From contig NC_067400.1 of assembly GCF_016432865.1 (NCBI RefSeq), positions 613,862,001 through 613,926,000 on the forward strand: 64,000 bases of DNA, in the 5' to 3' direction. The position numbers and the translations under genes were made by a program. Below are positions 31,210 through 43,599 of the stretch, piece after piece. Within the stretch, counting starts at the first letter, position 1, and every line of letters begins with the position of its first letter. Below the pieces are notes generated by a model. That model was given only the letters and a program-made list of their open reading frames with translations. It was not told where the DNA came from and made no database searches. The DNA comes from Antechinus flavipes (lineage: Eukaryota).

Positions 31210-31700
31210 AGACCTTAGAATCTAGAACATGGAACACCAGAACCGGAGGGGCCTAGAACCCAGACCAAGGAATGCCGGAACCGGAGGGGCCTAGAACCCA
31301 GCTGTTAGATCAGAAGGGACCTTAGAACCCAGACCAAGGAATGTGGAACCAGAGGGCCCTAGAACCCAGACCATGGAATGCTGGAACCGGAGGGCCCTAG
31401 AACCCAGACCATGGAATGCTGGAACCACAGGGGCCTAGAACCCAGACCATGGAATGCTGGAACCACAGGGGCCTAGAACCCAGACCATGGAATGCTGGAA
31501 CCACAGGGGCCTAGAACCCAGACCATGGAATGCTGGAACCAGAGGGGCCTAGAACCCAGACCATGGAATGCTGGAACCACAGGGGCCTAGAACCCAGACC
31601 ATGGAATGCTGGAACCAGAGAGACCTTAGAACCCAGCTGTTAGAATTAGAGGGACCGTATAACCCAGACCAAGGAATGCCAGAACCGGAGGGGCCCCAGA
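31210..31700. repeat. 38-bp minisatellite, ~12 copies
   Basis: Unit CTAGAACCCAGACCATGGAATGCTGGAACCACAGGGGC, near-perfect over ~31370-31620. Confidence 0.95.
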
Positions 31701-33263
31701 ATGGAGGTCAGAACGTAGAAGACGGAACATCGGTGATGGAAGGACTTTAGAGGCCCTTGGGTTCCCCTTTCATTGGACAGATGAAGCCGTGGAGGCCGGT
31801 TCTGGGCTCACCCACCCCGTGGCAGGATCGGGACCAGAGGCCGGCTCTGTGGGTTCCCAGGCCGCAGGTTGGTCCTGCAGGGACTCTCTGGGCCCCGGGG
31901 GAGCCTGTTGCCCTCAGTGGGCTCCTGGGGGCTTGGCGGGGCAGGAGCTCCAGGTTCTCTTCCCTTGGTGGGAGGGCAGGGGAGAGAGAGAGAACATGGC
32001 TCCCCCTCCTCCCCGAAAAATGCCCCATCCCCCCTTCCCTGCCTACTCCCGGCCACCAATGGGGAAGTCGGAATTTGCTGAGCTTTGGGAAACGGGCTTT
32101 GGGCGGGCGGCCAGGCTGGACCCTGGCACTGAGCTCCCAGGGGAGGGGGCGCTGGGGACGGGGAGGGGGGCGGGCCCGGCCTTCACGGGGGAGCCTTGGG
32201 TCCCAGCTTCCTTTGGACCCTCGGGCTCTGGGGAGGACCCTTTGCCCCGCGCCGGCCGCTCTGGGGTCAGCCTCGGAGTCTCAGCGACCCGGCTTTGTCA
32301 AGGGAAAAGCAGACCAGAGGGCCTGGCAGGGTGGGGTCGGGCCGAGCAGAGGGAGCAATCTTGAGATGGGGAGGGTCTGGGGAAGGGCAGGGAGGGGAAG
32401 GAGCAGCCCAGGGATGTCTGTAAACACAGGACATCCTGCCCAGGGGAGGGGAAGAAGGGGATGTGGGGATGGGTTTCCCAGCAGCCTGGGGACAGCCCAC
32501 CCGTGGGCACTGGGCGCTGGGCACGGTCCCTCGGGCACAGCCCCCTTCCACCCGAACGGCTCCCCCTGCCCAGGCAGGGACCTGGCTGATCTCCTGCCCC
32601 CCAGCCTCAATCTTTCCTTCAAATCTCCATCTTGCCTCTCCTTAGCAGCCCCGCAGAGCCTGTCCCTGTGACCTCAGGGCCCCCAAGTCTCATCTCTGCC
32701 GCCCCCCAGCACCCTCGCCCTCCCTCGCCCAGCGCCCCTCCGACCCCCGGGGAGCATTAAGCCCCGGAGGGAAAGGGAAGCCGGGGGGCTCGCTGGCCCG
32801 CACTCGGGGCCTGGCGGAGACAGAGGCCCTTTGAGCGGGTGGGAGGGCGGCTCGCTCAGGAATGGTGTGGGCTCTGGGAATGTGGGCAAGGGGCAGGGCC
32901 GGACACAATGGGCAGCCTGACCTCGCCCGGAGCTAGTCTGAGCGGCTGGGTGGGAGGGACCTCACGCCAGCCCTTCTCCCCTAGGTGGGGAAACGGAGGC
33001 TCAGGGAGGGGCCTGTCCCAGCGCAAAAAGTGAAAGCAAGGAGAACATCCCCGGGGGGAAACAGCCTCAGGCAGGAGGGCCGAGGGCTAAGTGGGGGCAC
33101 CTGGGGCTTACGCTGAAGAGAGAGGCCCAGGGGAGACCCCACTGCTCATCTTCAGTGTCTGGGACTCAGAGCAGATCGTTCCCTCTTAGGGCCTTCTCTC
33201 CATCTCAGCCAAAACAAGGGGCTTGCAAGAGATGCTCCTGCCAGCACTTTTATGGCTCCAATT

Positions 33264-33535
33264 CCCTGTCCTAAGGCCCCTCCCAGCCCTGACAACCCCT
33301 GTTCTAGGCCCCCTCCCACACTGACACCCCTGTTCTAAGCCCCCTCCCAGCCCCGACCTCCCCTGTTCTAAGCCCCCTCCCAGCCCCGACCTCCCCTGTT
33401 CTAGGCCCCCTCCCAGCCCCGACCTCCCCTGTTCTAAGCTCCCTCCCAGCCCCACCTCCCCTGTTCTAAGCTCCCTCCCAGCCCCGACCTCCCCTGTTCT
33501 AGGCCCCCTCCCGCACTGACAGCCCCTGTTCTAAG
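33264..33535. repeat. 33-bp C-rich/G-rich minisatellite, ~8 copies
   Basis: Unit GTTCTAAGCCCCCTCCCAGCCCCGACCTCCCCT. Confidence 0.95.
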
Positions 33536-35177
33536 GTTCCATAGCAGCTCTGCCATTCCCCGGTGTAAGAGCCCTTCTAACGCTTGCTGCTAGACCCCCT
33601 CCAGCTGCATCAGTCTTTTGGGTTCTAGGGGCCCCTCTAAAGGCCTTGACCCCCAGACCCCAGCCCTGGGGAGGTGAGAATGCCCGGAGAACAAGGGTCA
33701 CTCCCTTGCCAAGCGCCTCAGGGTTCCTCCCCCCCTGAGGTCCCTCAAAGGCCCGGCCCATTTCCCTCCTGGGAGGGGCAGGATCTTAGGGCTCCCTGGC
33801 CCCGCCCCTCCCCCTCGGCAGGGCAGGAAGCCGAGCTCGGGAGGCTGGAGGGCTGGGCCAGGCCGGGCCAGACAGGAAGGGACCTGTTTGGGGCTCCTCG
33901 GCAGCCTGAGGAGAGCAGCATCTGGCTCTGGAAGGAACTGAGAAACCCGCGGAGTAAGCCGCGCCCCCCCCCAGCCCCCTATTTTAAAGATGGGGACACT
34001 GAGGCCGAAGACCAGAGGGCCCGTGGCTCGTGGGTGCCCAGATCCCCAGCTCTGGGCCCGGGCTGTGGCCGGGGCAACTCCCTGCTGGGCACGGGAGCAT
34101 TTTCCCTGAGCCCTCGGCCGCGAGCTCTCTCCGTTCCCCAGGCCCCTGCCCAGCACGGGGCTTCCCCGACCCTCGTCCTGCCCAGAGGACGAGGACCGCT
34201 CCTTTGGGGACCTCAGCAGGGGGGCCGCTTTCCCTCCTTCCCCCCAGCCTGGGGGCTCTGGGACAGGATTTCTCCCCAGGCCTCCAGCTTTGGCCCAGCT
34301 CCTCCCCCCTGCCCCCGTCTCCCCAGTCCCAGAAAGCACGCCAGTGCCCATGCCAGGCTGCTGAGTGTGCAGGGGCCCCGCCCAGCCCGGCTCATTCCAA
34401 ACGACTAAGTGGCCGGAGGAATGTGGCCCGGCCACAGCTCCCGCAGCCGGGGACCCACAGAGGCCGCGTCTCGGGGCCCACGGACTGGCTCGGCCGGAGG
34501 GGCCAATGCTGGGCTCCAGGGAGACGAGTCTCCCCCAAAGTGGGACGGGCGCTTCCCGGGAGGAGTGACTTCCCATCACTGGACATTTCCACCTGGAAGA
34601 TGGATGACCCTTAGAGAGTACAACGGAGGCTCCCCAAATGTGGTCCTGAAACTGGGGACTCGAGACTGGGGGGTCTCAGAGGTTCAACTACTTTAATAAT
34701 AGTCGATATCAATAGTTATAACCCACAGCCCTTCAGAAACCATAGAAACCAACTCCCTCATTTCTCAGCTGGGGAAACCGAGGTTAAGAGAGGCAAAGGG
34801 GTGGGTGATCTTCGATTTCCAAGAATATAAAGGGATCCTGAGACCAAAGTTTGGGAATAGCTACAATAAAAGTCATTTTTGGCTGGGTACGGGGATGGGC
34901 CAAACATTTATTAAGCACCTACTAAGTGTCTAAACTATACAGAAGCAGTTCTTGTCTTCCTCTTCTCATTGGAGACTTCCACAGTAGGATCACCATTTTG
35001 GGAAGGAACCCAGCTGTGGATCCCTCCCCTCACTCCAGACTCCTTGAATTTCTCTTTCCAGCCCCTGTATATTTAGTAATTTCCCCAATCAGGATGTAAG
35101 CTCTTTGAGGAGAGGAGTGTGGGTATTTTCAGAGCTTAACATAGCAGTTGACACACTGGCTCCATCCTGTAATGTGC

Positions 35178-35250
35178 CCATCCATCCACCCACCCATCCA
35201 CCCATCCATCCACCCACCCATCCACCCATCCATCCACCCATCCATCCATC
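35178..35250. repeat. (CCAT/CCAC)n microsatellite
   Basis: ccatccatccacccacccatcc... tetramer run. Confidence 0.9.
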
Positions 35251-35715
35251 TCTCGAAGCCTTTATTCCATTATCCCTCCCAGTTCTGAGATTGAGTATTA
35301 CTTTGTGTGACTTTAGAACAGAGCTAGCGGAGATCTTAGAGAAAGACATATATTCCTCTCCACACACAAAGGGAACCTGAGATCCAGACAAAGTAGAGAA
35401 TTGGAGGCAGAATTGAGACAGGCAGACCATGGGATTTCCACCTCTTCATCTTCCAGTTGGGGAAACTGAGGCAGAGAAGCAAACAACCTCTACCTCCCTG
35501 GCAAGTGCTCCTAACGAGGGTCAATAATTCACTTTAAATACGCCCGGGTGAGAAGAGGAAGAGAGACACGAGGGACAGACACATTGCTTCATATATTAAT
35601 TGTTTTCATCTTAAAAACCGTTCACGCTCCCCACCCCACAATTCCCAGCAGCCCCACGACCCCTGGTCCATTTCAGGCCTCTCGGGGGCAAGCAGGAAAC
35701 CATTTTCTGGTCCCC

Positions 35716-36381
35716 CTACAAAGTCTGTGTGCCCACAAGCACATCCATGAGGTAATCCAGTTCAGACACGTCCAGCCCTGGCCCCTGTGTCTTGTCCTCA
35801 GTTTCCCCAGAGTCTGTTTTAAGGTTGGGCCAGAGTTCACAGTCGTACATGGAGGTGTCAATATCATCAAAAAGACCCTCCAAGCCATCCTCCAGGAGGA
35901 TCTCCAAGGACCCCAGAGGGGCTGGTCGGCCAGGATCCGGGCCTGGCTCAGGGGGCCGGCTCAGGGGGGCGTCTTCGGGGAAGGCCGTCTGAGTGTCGCT
36001 GAGCCCCTCGATGTGACTCAGGTCGTCCAGGAGGGCCGAGACCGATGTGCACATGGGGGCATCCGGGACCACCGGGAGAGGGCTGACAGGAGCTGGAGAA
36101 GGGGGTTCTGGGGCAGGGGGCTCCAGGGCCATGGAGGACTGAATGCGCCTCAAGGTGTTGACCACCAGGACAAGGTGGCGGAGGTCTGGCTCGCCCCTCC
36201 GGAGCCCATGGTGGAGTTTGAATATAGAGAGATTGAAGAGAGAGCTGGGGGGCAGGGGTGCTGGGCTGGCCTCCTCCTCAGGGCTCAGGCTAGAGCTGGC
36301 CTCTTCCAGCCACCAGTCCTGCGCGGCCGGCTCTTGCTCCTCTTCCTCCTCGCGCTTACGCTTCACGCCTTTGCACAACAT
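35716..36381 (-). CDS. SERTAD1: SERTA domain-containing protein 1 (TRIP-Br1), 221 aa, single coding exon
   Basis: MLCKGVKRKREEEEE, SERTA SLFNLSIFKLHHGLRRGEPDLRHLVLVVNTLRRIQ, LDDLSHIEGLS, GLEGLFDDIDTSMYD, ELDYLMDVLVGTQ; acceptor CACAG| at 36386/36385. Confidence 0.97.
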   Translation of the reverse strand: MLCKGVKRKREEEEEQEPAAQDWWLEEASSSLSPEEEASPAPLPPSSLFNLSIFKLHHGLRRGEPDLRHLVLVVNTLRRIQSSMALEPPAPEPPSPAPVSPLPVVPDAPMCTSVSALLDDLSHIEGLSDTQTAFPEDAPLSRPPEPGPDPGRPAPLGSLEILLEDGLEGLFDDIDTSMYDCELWPNLKTDSGETEDKTQGPGLDVSELDYLMDVLVGTQTL

Positions 36382-36779
36382 GGGTCTGTGAAGAAATGGG
36401 GGGGTCTGAGGTCAGGTAAGGGATTCCCACCGCCTTCCCGTAGGGCCCGGAAAACCCCTCCCCTCACGCCGAGGGCCAAAGGATCCCAGCCACCGCGAGG
36501 CTCCAGGGACCATCTAGGGCAGGGAGGCGAGGCTGGGGTCTGTGACCTTTATTTTAATAACCGTGTTCCAGTTCTGATTAACTTTGAAATTGTTTATTTC
36601 ATGTGCTTTAAAATATGATTCCCGGAAGGAGTCCGTGGACTTCACCAGCTTGTTACGGGGCCCCCCACCCAAAAGGCCGACCCTCCATCCAGGACCATGG
36701 CCCCCGGGGGCCCAAGTCACAACCCCACTGGGCTCAGTTTCCTCTTTTGTAAACTCGGGGATGGCCGGGGAAGGCGCCC

Positions 36780-37460
36780 GGAGCAGTTCTCGAATTACAC
36801 GGGTTCGCCCGAGGCCGCGGCTGGAGGGTCGGCACGGGAGGGGAGGGTCCGTTTACGCCCGCCCCCGCCCGCGAGCGCCCCCGGCCCAGCCCCGCTCGGG
36901 TCCCCGCCCTGCCCGGCCTCCGCTCCCGCTTCCGGCCCGGCCCGGCCCGGCACGGCGGCGGCCGCGGGGGCGGGTGAGTCACGCAGCCGGAGCCAGGGAG
37001 CCGGCGCCTCCGCGCCCCGCCTCCTTCCCCTTCCCCTTCCCCGGGGCTGGGGCGTGATTCACCCGGGGCCCGAACAGGCGCCAGCGACCGCGGCAGCAGC
37101 CCGGGACGGGCCTGGCGCCCGGAGGCCGCGGCGCGAGCATCGGACGCCGCCCCGGCTTCGGACAAGCCCCGGACGGCGATCCCCCCTCCGGCCCCCAAAC
37201 CCGGCCCCCCTTCCCCCCTTTCCCTTCGCCTCATTTACATACCCGGCTCGTCGGCTGCCAATCAGAGGGTCCGCGACGCCAGCAGCAGCCAATCAGGAAG
37301 CGGCGGCGGCGACCGCATAGCTCGCTCTCTCGCTCCTCCCGCGGCTGGCCCCTGGGTCGCTAGAAGCTGCACTGGCCCCAGCGCACAGTCGGGGGGTTGC
37401 TACTTTCCTCCGCTTCTGCCCCGCCCCTAGGAATCTCCGCCCCTCGTAGCGGGATTGGTT
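36780..37460 (-). promoter_or_regulatory. SERTAD1: SERTAD1 CpG island, non-coding exon 1 and promoter
   Basis: Donor CGG|GTGAAT at 37063/37062; CCAAT boxes 37258-37262, 37289-37293 and 37454-37458; AP-1 TGAGTCA 36975-36981. Confidence 0.75.
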
Positions 37461-39434
37461 CGCTTCAAACAAGGGGCGTGTCTAGAAGAGGAGGCGGAGC
37501 CACCAGAGACAGACCGCCCGAAGCTGGATTCCCGAGGCCGAGAGGCCCGGGACGGGGGCACTCTGCTTGGCCAGCCTCCTTGTGCTCGCTCTCAGCTGTC
37601 GCTTTCCGGGCTAGGAAGAGCGAGGGCGGGGGTCCGTTCTTGGGCATTTGGGAAGGGCGGGATGAAGGAGTTGGAGAAACGTATTCCTCCCTCCCCCCCC
37701 AAAGAGCCTCTTCCGCCTTGAGTTGACAAGACCCCACATGCACCTGTCAGCTAGAACCGCCCCCCGCAACCAGACCCATCTCCCTCCGCCCCCATTTGTG
37801 CTGCAAAGACTGCGGCCCCTGGAATCTGACAGAAGGGGCTTGGGGGAAATCGCGGAGCCCCTTCCTAAATTTCCCATCCCCTCCCCCCGGTCCTGGCTGC
37901 CTCAAAAAGCCCCCTACATCGAGCGCTGGAGATGGGGAGGAACTCTGGGGGGAGAGTCTCGGACGATTCATCGTCAGCCCCTGGCTCTGACCCACTGGGT
38001 GCCTGGTGAAATGGAAAATGCCCAGGTGTCCGAGGACCCGGCTTGAATTTAGCTGGGTTCCTAGCGCGGCAGGCCTTTGTGATCTTGGCAGATCCCGCCC
38101 CTTTTCTGGGTTTCAGATGTAAGGGGCAGGACTGGGCGGTTGCTAAGGCTTTTGCAGACCCCGAATCCGGGGACCCTTCCCGACCCGCCAGGCTGAGAGG
38201 CTGGCGAGGGAGCCGAGCCTTGGGGCTCTGCCATTGGGTGAATCTGAGCAGCTGAGCCCTGTCAGTCCCTAACTTCTTGGCAGCTGGGGAGCAGATGAGG
38301 GAGGCCCAGGCAGAGGGGAACAGCGGGACTGGGTGGGGGAAGGAGGGGAAGGCCTGCCCTAGGCACAGAAACGAAAGTTAAAAGGAGCCAGCCCGACCAG
38401 TGCCTCCGAAGCCGGCCACCTCGGGCCTTTATTAGGGTAGGAAAACGAAGTCTTGGGGCCGGCAAGGGAGGAGGGAGCAGGGCCTCAGGGTGGGTGGGGC
38501 GAGAGGAAGGGGCCCAGGCAGCCAGCTTCTCAGGAGTCCGTCCAGAAGTGTCCAGACTGTATCCCGCACCAAACCCACAGGCGCCCATTCACTCCCCCTA
38601 AACTGCCTGGAGGAGAGAACCCTGCAGAACCCTCCAACCCGCCCAGCTGGGGGAGGGGGAGAGGGGGGCTGCTATCTCCTCACAGCTGAGCAGAGCCCGC
38701 TTGGAGGGGCAGCTCCTGGGTCTGAGCCCTGGGTGGAGCTCAGCCAGCCCTGTACAGGCCTCCTCCCAAATAAAGTGGATTAGAGTTAGGAGGGAGACAC
38801 TAAATCCCAGCCTGCTGTACTCTCCCCACAAACGCCCCTCCCCCAGCGAGGAAAAGAATTTCCTCAGGCATTTACTACACCCCACAAAGGCAAACTTTTT
38901 GGTCCCAGGATCCTTTCTCATTCTTTAAAATTACTGAGGAGATTCCCCCTCTCCCTCCCTCCCCCAAATCACAATATCAATCTGGGCTCCATACGTTGGA
39001 GATGATAATTCTAAGATGTTAATTTCCAACACGGTAAACATGAATTATTATCAAATTATGAAAAATGATTATGGAAAGTTTTGGCCTTGCAGACCTCCAG
39101 GAAGAGGCTCAGGGGCTACCCGGGGCTCCACTGTGTGAGAACAGAAGACCTTTCCCTTCCTAGTCTAAATTTCCCCCTCTCTGAGATGTAGAGCTTGGAT
39201 GATAGGTCTAAGGCTCCTCCCAACTCCGACCTTCCAATAAGAAGTTTAAACTGACCCCCCTGCCCCCACCCTCCCATCCTGCAGTAACCCTAAAGGCAGG
39301 GAGGGCCTGGTGGAAAAACAAAACACCTGACCCGGGCCCTAGATGGCCGGCCACCTGTTCCGACCCACCAGAGGCTCCCGGCCAAAAGCATGATGGGAAG
39401 AAGGGATTAAAGGCACATTACGGAACGGGAAGGT

Positions 39435-39440
39435 TTTATT
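39435..39440 (-). terminator. Probable SERTAD3 polyadenylation signal
   Basis: AATAAA on minus ~1.15 kb after the stop. Confidence 0.65.
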
Positions 39441-40589
39441 CACAAAATCGGCCTTTTTGAAATAGAATAAAAAAAGGGTGACTACAGATGGAGATTCCTT
39501 CATCCCTGTTGCACTTCATCAAGGCCACTTTGGGAAGGGAAGGGGGTGAATAAGGTCAAAGGAGGGGCACAGAGAAAGGGTGGGGGTTCACAGTTATGAC
39601 CCGGCGCCGGCGTGGGGAGGGGGGAAGAAGATGTAAGTTTGTACGGTTTCCATACCTGTCAGCCCTGAGAGATGGGTGGAGGGGGGGTTGGTCTACAGCC
39701 CCTCCTCCCGGTAATGTGGACTTTGTCTCCCCAGAGGCCTCTTGGCCTTCAGCCCTGCCCTGCCCTGCCCCCTTCCTCCCCCAGGCAGTTACTCAACTCA
39801 GAGCAGCTTCTTCTTTGGATCTGACTCCGAGTCAAGGGAAAAAGGAGAGAGCACCTGGGCCTGCGGAGTCTCACTGGGCGCTAAGTAAGTGGAATGGATG
39901 AGATAAAGATTCTCCAATTTACATGTGCTTAGTCCTTACGGTAATTCCACGAGATTCACACCTTTAAGAGCGTATGTAGGAGGAGGAGCTGAGAAGCCCA
40001 CGAGAAGCTCTGGGAGCCCCAGCCAGGATTCACGGGCCAGAGAAGGCAGCTTAAGCTCTGGGAACCGAGGAGGCCTCTAAGAAAGCTAACCGGGCCCCAG
40101 GGAGGAGACAGTAAAGGATGTGGATTTTTAATCCCTGGCTGCAGGTGTGATTACACTGAACTGAACTGAAGCTGCCTCCAGAAGCCCCCCAAGAAACCTG
40201 CTCCCAGAGAACTTTACACTTTAGAGAACATCACACCTGGGAACCAGGCTCCCAGAAGGCACAGGGCTAACGGGAGGGGAACAGCAGCCCCCAAGTGTTT
40301 GGCCTCGGGCCTGTCAAGGTGATTGGGTGTCAGCAGGGGAGCAGAGTGCCATCGAGCCAATAGGAAAGAGAAATACATTCAGGTGTTCTGCCCGCAGCGG
40401 CAGAGAGACCAGGGCCGAACATCCGAAGAGAGGAAGCTTTCCTCATCACTAGGAAGCTTCCCCCCAGGTTCCTGAGACAGGAAATCTTTGGAGATCACTT
40501 TCTTGACACTGTCCAGAGTTAGCAAGTGTCTGAAAGGATGGATTCCAAATCCCAAGTAGGGGATTTGGGTCCCATCCCCCAGCCCAGTC

Positions 40590-41270
40590 TTATGACCCCT
40601 TGATGATTTCCAAGATTTGGTCCAGTTCGGTCCAGTCCCATTCGGCCGCAGACTGCCCCGGGAAGCAGACTGCCGCAGAGGAAGAGGCAAAGGAAGCGGA
40701 GGGCCAGGGCTCCCTTTCCACATCTGAGGTGTCCATGTCGGTGAAGAAGTCCTCAGGAACCAGGTCTCCCAGGTGGCTCATGATCTCAAAGCTGCCCCGG
40801 AGAGGCTCCTCAGCCCTGACAGGTGGGGAAGTTAAGGCCCCGAGAGGGGAAGGTATCTGCTGGCCGTCTCCCAACAGGCCATCCGCAGAGGTAGAGGCGC
40901 GTGTCCCATCTGGGGCCTCGCAGCAGTCCTGAGTGGCTCTTAAGCCCAAGAGCTCCTCCAGCTCTCTGAGCAAGGCGTTGGCCGACTGGGCGGTTAAGGG
41001 GAAAAGCATCTCCAGTCCGGGTCCCTGGCAGGGGGCTGGGCTCCCCTCCAGGCTCATCTTCTCCCTGAGGTGGTTGAGGGTGTTGGTGATGAGCACCTGC
41101 CGCAGGAGGCTAGGGGGGCCTAGCTGGAATTTGTCCATTGAAAGTTGGAGTAAGGTCTGGCACAGGTTGGACTGGGAGAAGGGGGCCTGCTCCTGGGACT
41201 CCTTTCCAGCCTCCACCTCTTCTGGATCCCCATGGTCACCCGGATGCTTGCGCTTCACACCAACCACCAT
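40590..41270 (-). CDS. SERTAD3: SERTA domain-containing protein 3 (RBT1), 226 aa, single coding exon
   Basis: MVVGVKRKH, SERTA-like LLQLSMDKFQLGPPSLLRQVLITNTL, DFFTDMDTSDVEREP, WDWTELDQILEIIKGS*; acceptor CAG| at 41277/41276; synteny. Confidence 0.93.
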   Translation of the reverse strand: MVVGVKRKHPGDHGDPEEVEAGKESQEQAPFSQSNLCQTLLQLSMDKFQLGPPSLLRQVLITNTLNHLREKMSLEGSPAPCQGPGLEMLFPLTAQSANALLRELEELLGLRATQDCCEAPDGTRASTSADGLLGDGQQIPSPLGALTSPPVRAEEPLRGSFEIMSHLGDLVPEDFFTDMDTSDVEREPWPSASFASSSAAVCFPGQSAAEWDWTELDQILEIIKGS

Positions 41271-43599
41271 TGGCCCCTGATGGGAGAGGAGGCAGGAGTT
41301 AGGAGGCCTGTCTGTCCCTCCCAGGGCCCCTGAGCCTTAGTCTAGCCTCTGCGACTGACTCGCTATGTGGTCTTGGCTGAGAATGTCGCCCACTTTAAGC
41401 CTCCCTTTTGTCCCTCTGGAAAACCATGGGGTTGGATTGAAGAGTCAAGCAAGGATCCTCTTCGGAATATTGGTAGAAGGAATTTTGGAGCTGGCAAGGA
41501 AAGGATAAACTATTAGCTTAGAGATGCCCTCTTTTATCCTTAAAAAAAAAAAAGAGGGAAATGCAGAGGATTCGAGTTTTGTATTTCATAGTATGAGAAA
41601 CAGGCTGAAGCAATAGGTAGAGAGAATTGGCTTCAAAACCAGAGAGTTCTGAGTTCAAATCCAACCTCTTCACAGCTCTTATGATGAGATCATGGGTAAG
41701 TCATTCTATTTTTAAATGCTCTTGGTAAAGCTCAGACTGTAAATTGCTGAGCCTGCATTGGTAAGGGACTAGCCTCACTTGGGATGATGAATTTAGATTT
41801 GGAAAGGAACTAGGAAACTGGAAACCAGCTTGTCTAAGTTTTTTTTTTTTTTTTGCCATTTTACAAAAGAGGAAATTTAGACAGAAAGTTCGATGGTTTA
41901 ACTAGAGACCTGACTAAAGCAGGATTTGAACTCCAGTCTCTCTGACCCCCTCTCCCCCAGCATGATACCCATTTTTTCCTTTACCAATAAGATCCTTTTA
42001 ATATCTCAATAGAAGCCCCCCTTTTGTTGACTCCTAAGTAGTAAACATTTTAAGGAGATCTTCTTTTGTAAGATGATCATTAAGGTCCCTTCTAGGTCCT
42101 ATGATTTTGAAATACCGGACTTTGATCCCTCGGGGCTCATTTAGTAGGAGGATCCCCTCATTTTACAGAGGGGGAAACTGAGGGACACAGAGAGGAAAGG
42201 AACTTGCCCCAATTAGTCATTCACTGGCAATTCAAGACTAAAACCGGTTCTCTAGATTCTCATTGGACAAGACTCAAAATGGAAAGGACCCAGAACAGCT
42301 AAGAAATGCTTAAGGCTCCTACGTGCCCCAGAGGCTGCCCCACCCTCGGGGCTAAGCACCTACTCGGGAGTACTATTTTGCTCCTCCCCTCCATTTTAGA
42401 ATTGGACAAGGCCCCTTTTAATCTATTCTCCAATCAGAGTGCCCCATCTCTCCAAGCCACGCCCGGTGAGGAGGTGAGCCCGGAGGCTATTGGGGAATGG
42501 AGTGCCGGTTCTGTTTTGGGAGAGGGCCACTGAAACCATTTAAGCGGTGGACTACAACTCCCAGAATGCCACTCCATCTTTAACCTGCCCTCCCCCCCGC
42601 TGCTCCGCCCCCTCTCAACTTTTTAAGAAGGGGGGGGGGAGGAAAGTACACTACACAAAAATGTAGCTCCTCCCCACTCCCCGAAATTCCCCAGTCACCC
42701 ATCCCCACTCCAGAGTATTGCTACGGAGAAATGGAGAAATTTCGATGTTCTTCTGGGTGAGACTTGAGGAGTTTAGGCAGAGAGACACAAGCACCTTGAT
42801 TCCTAAGAGATAGGCAGGAGAAAGGGGCCCCTTCATTTCCTTCTCCCCTCTCCCAAATAAAGCCAGGGCTGACTCTGCCCTCCCAGGGTTCTAAAACCAA
42901 TCTCCAGCCTCCGAGGTCTCCCTGCCCGTTTCCTTTCAGCAACTCTAGTGTGGTTCATCATAATTCACGCGTTCGAATAACGCTCTAAATTGATAATAGT
43001 TATCCCCATTTCCCAGGCTGGAAAGTTGAGATTCAAAAAAGTTAAGATATGCTCATAGGCATATATCACTTGCAGGGGTCCTCAGACTTTTTAAATAGGG
43101 GCCAGTTCACTGTCCCTCAGACTGCTGGAGGACCGGACTCTAGTAAAAACAAAAACTTTGTTTTGTGGGCCTTTAAATAAAGAAACTTCCTAACCCTGAG
43201 TGAGGGGGATAAACGTCCTCAGCTGCCGCATCTGGCCCGCGGGCCGTAGTTTGAGGACCCTGCGAGAGGAAAGACTGGAACTGAGCCCAGTCTCCTCAAT
43301 CCCAGTCCCACCACTGGAACTCACTACTCCCCGCAGCTCCTTAAAAGCGTTGTTATTTACAGTTCTCCGGCGGCGCCCAAAGCCAGACCACCACTCCTCC
43401 GGGAGTTAGATCGCTACCGCCATCGCCCCCTTTTTGACTCTGATCTCCCAGGGTTCTAAGACTTGTCCCGATTCTCCCAGATCCCCAGTCTTCTCTCTGT
43501 CCCCTAAATTCCTTCTGGCAGCTCTGGTCCCTGGGCTCTCCCTCCTCCTCCTCTTCCCCCCCAGTCCGCTTCTACTCAAGCTCACCGATCCGGGCTCCA

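Noticed and set aside
31210-31700. Heat-shock element array (three nGAAn per unit)
   Set aside because: All GAA are in one orientation; HSF needs alternating nGAAn/nTTCn.
35548-36618. 356-aa plus-strand ORF
   Set aside because: Antisense shadow of SERTAD1 with no recognisable homology.
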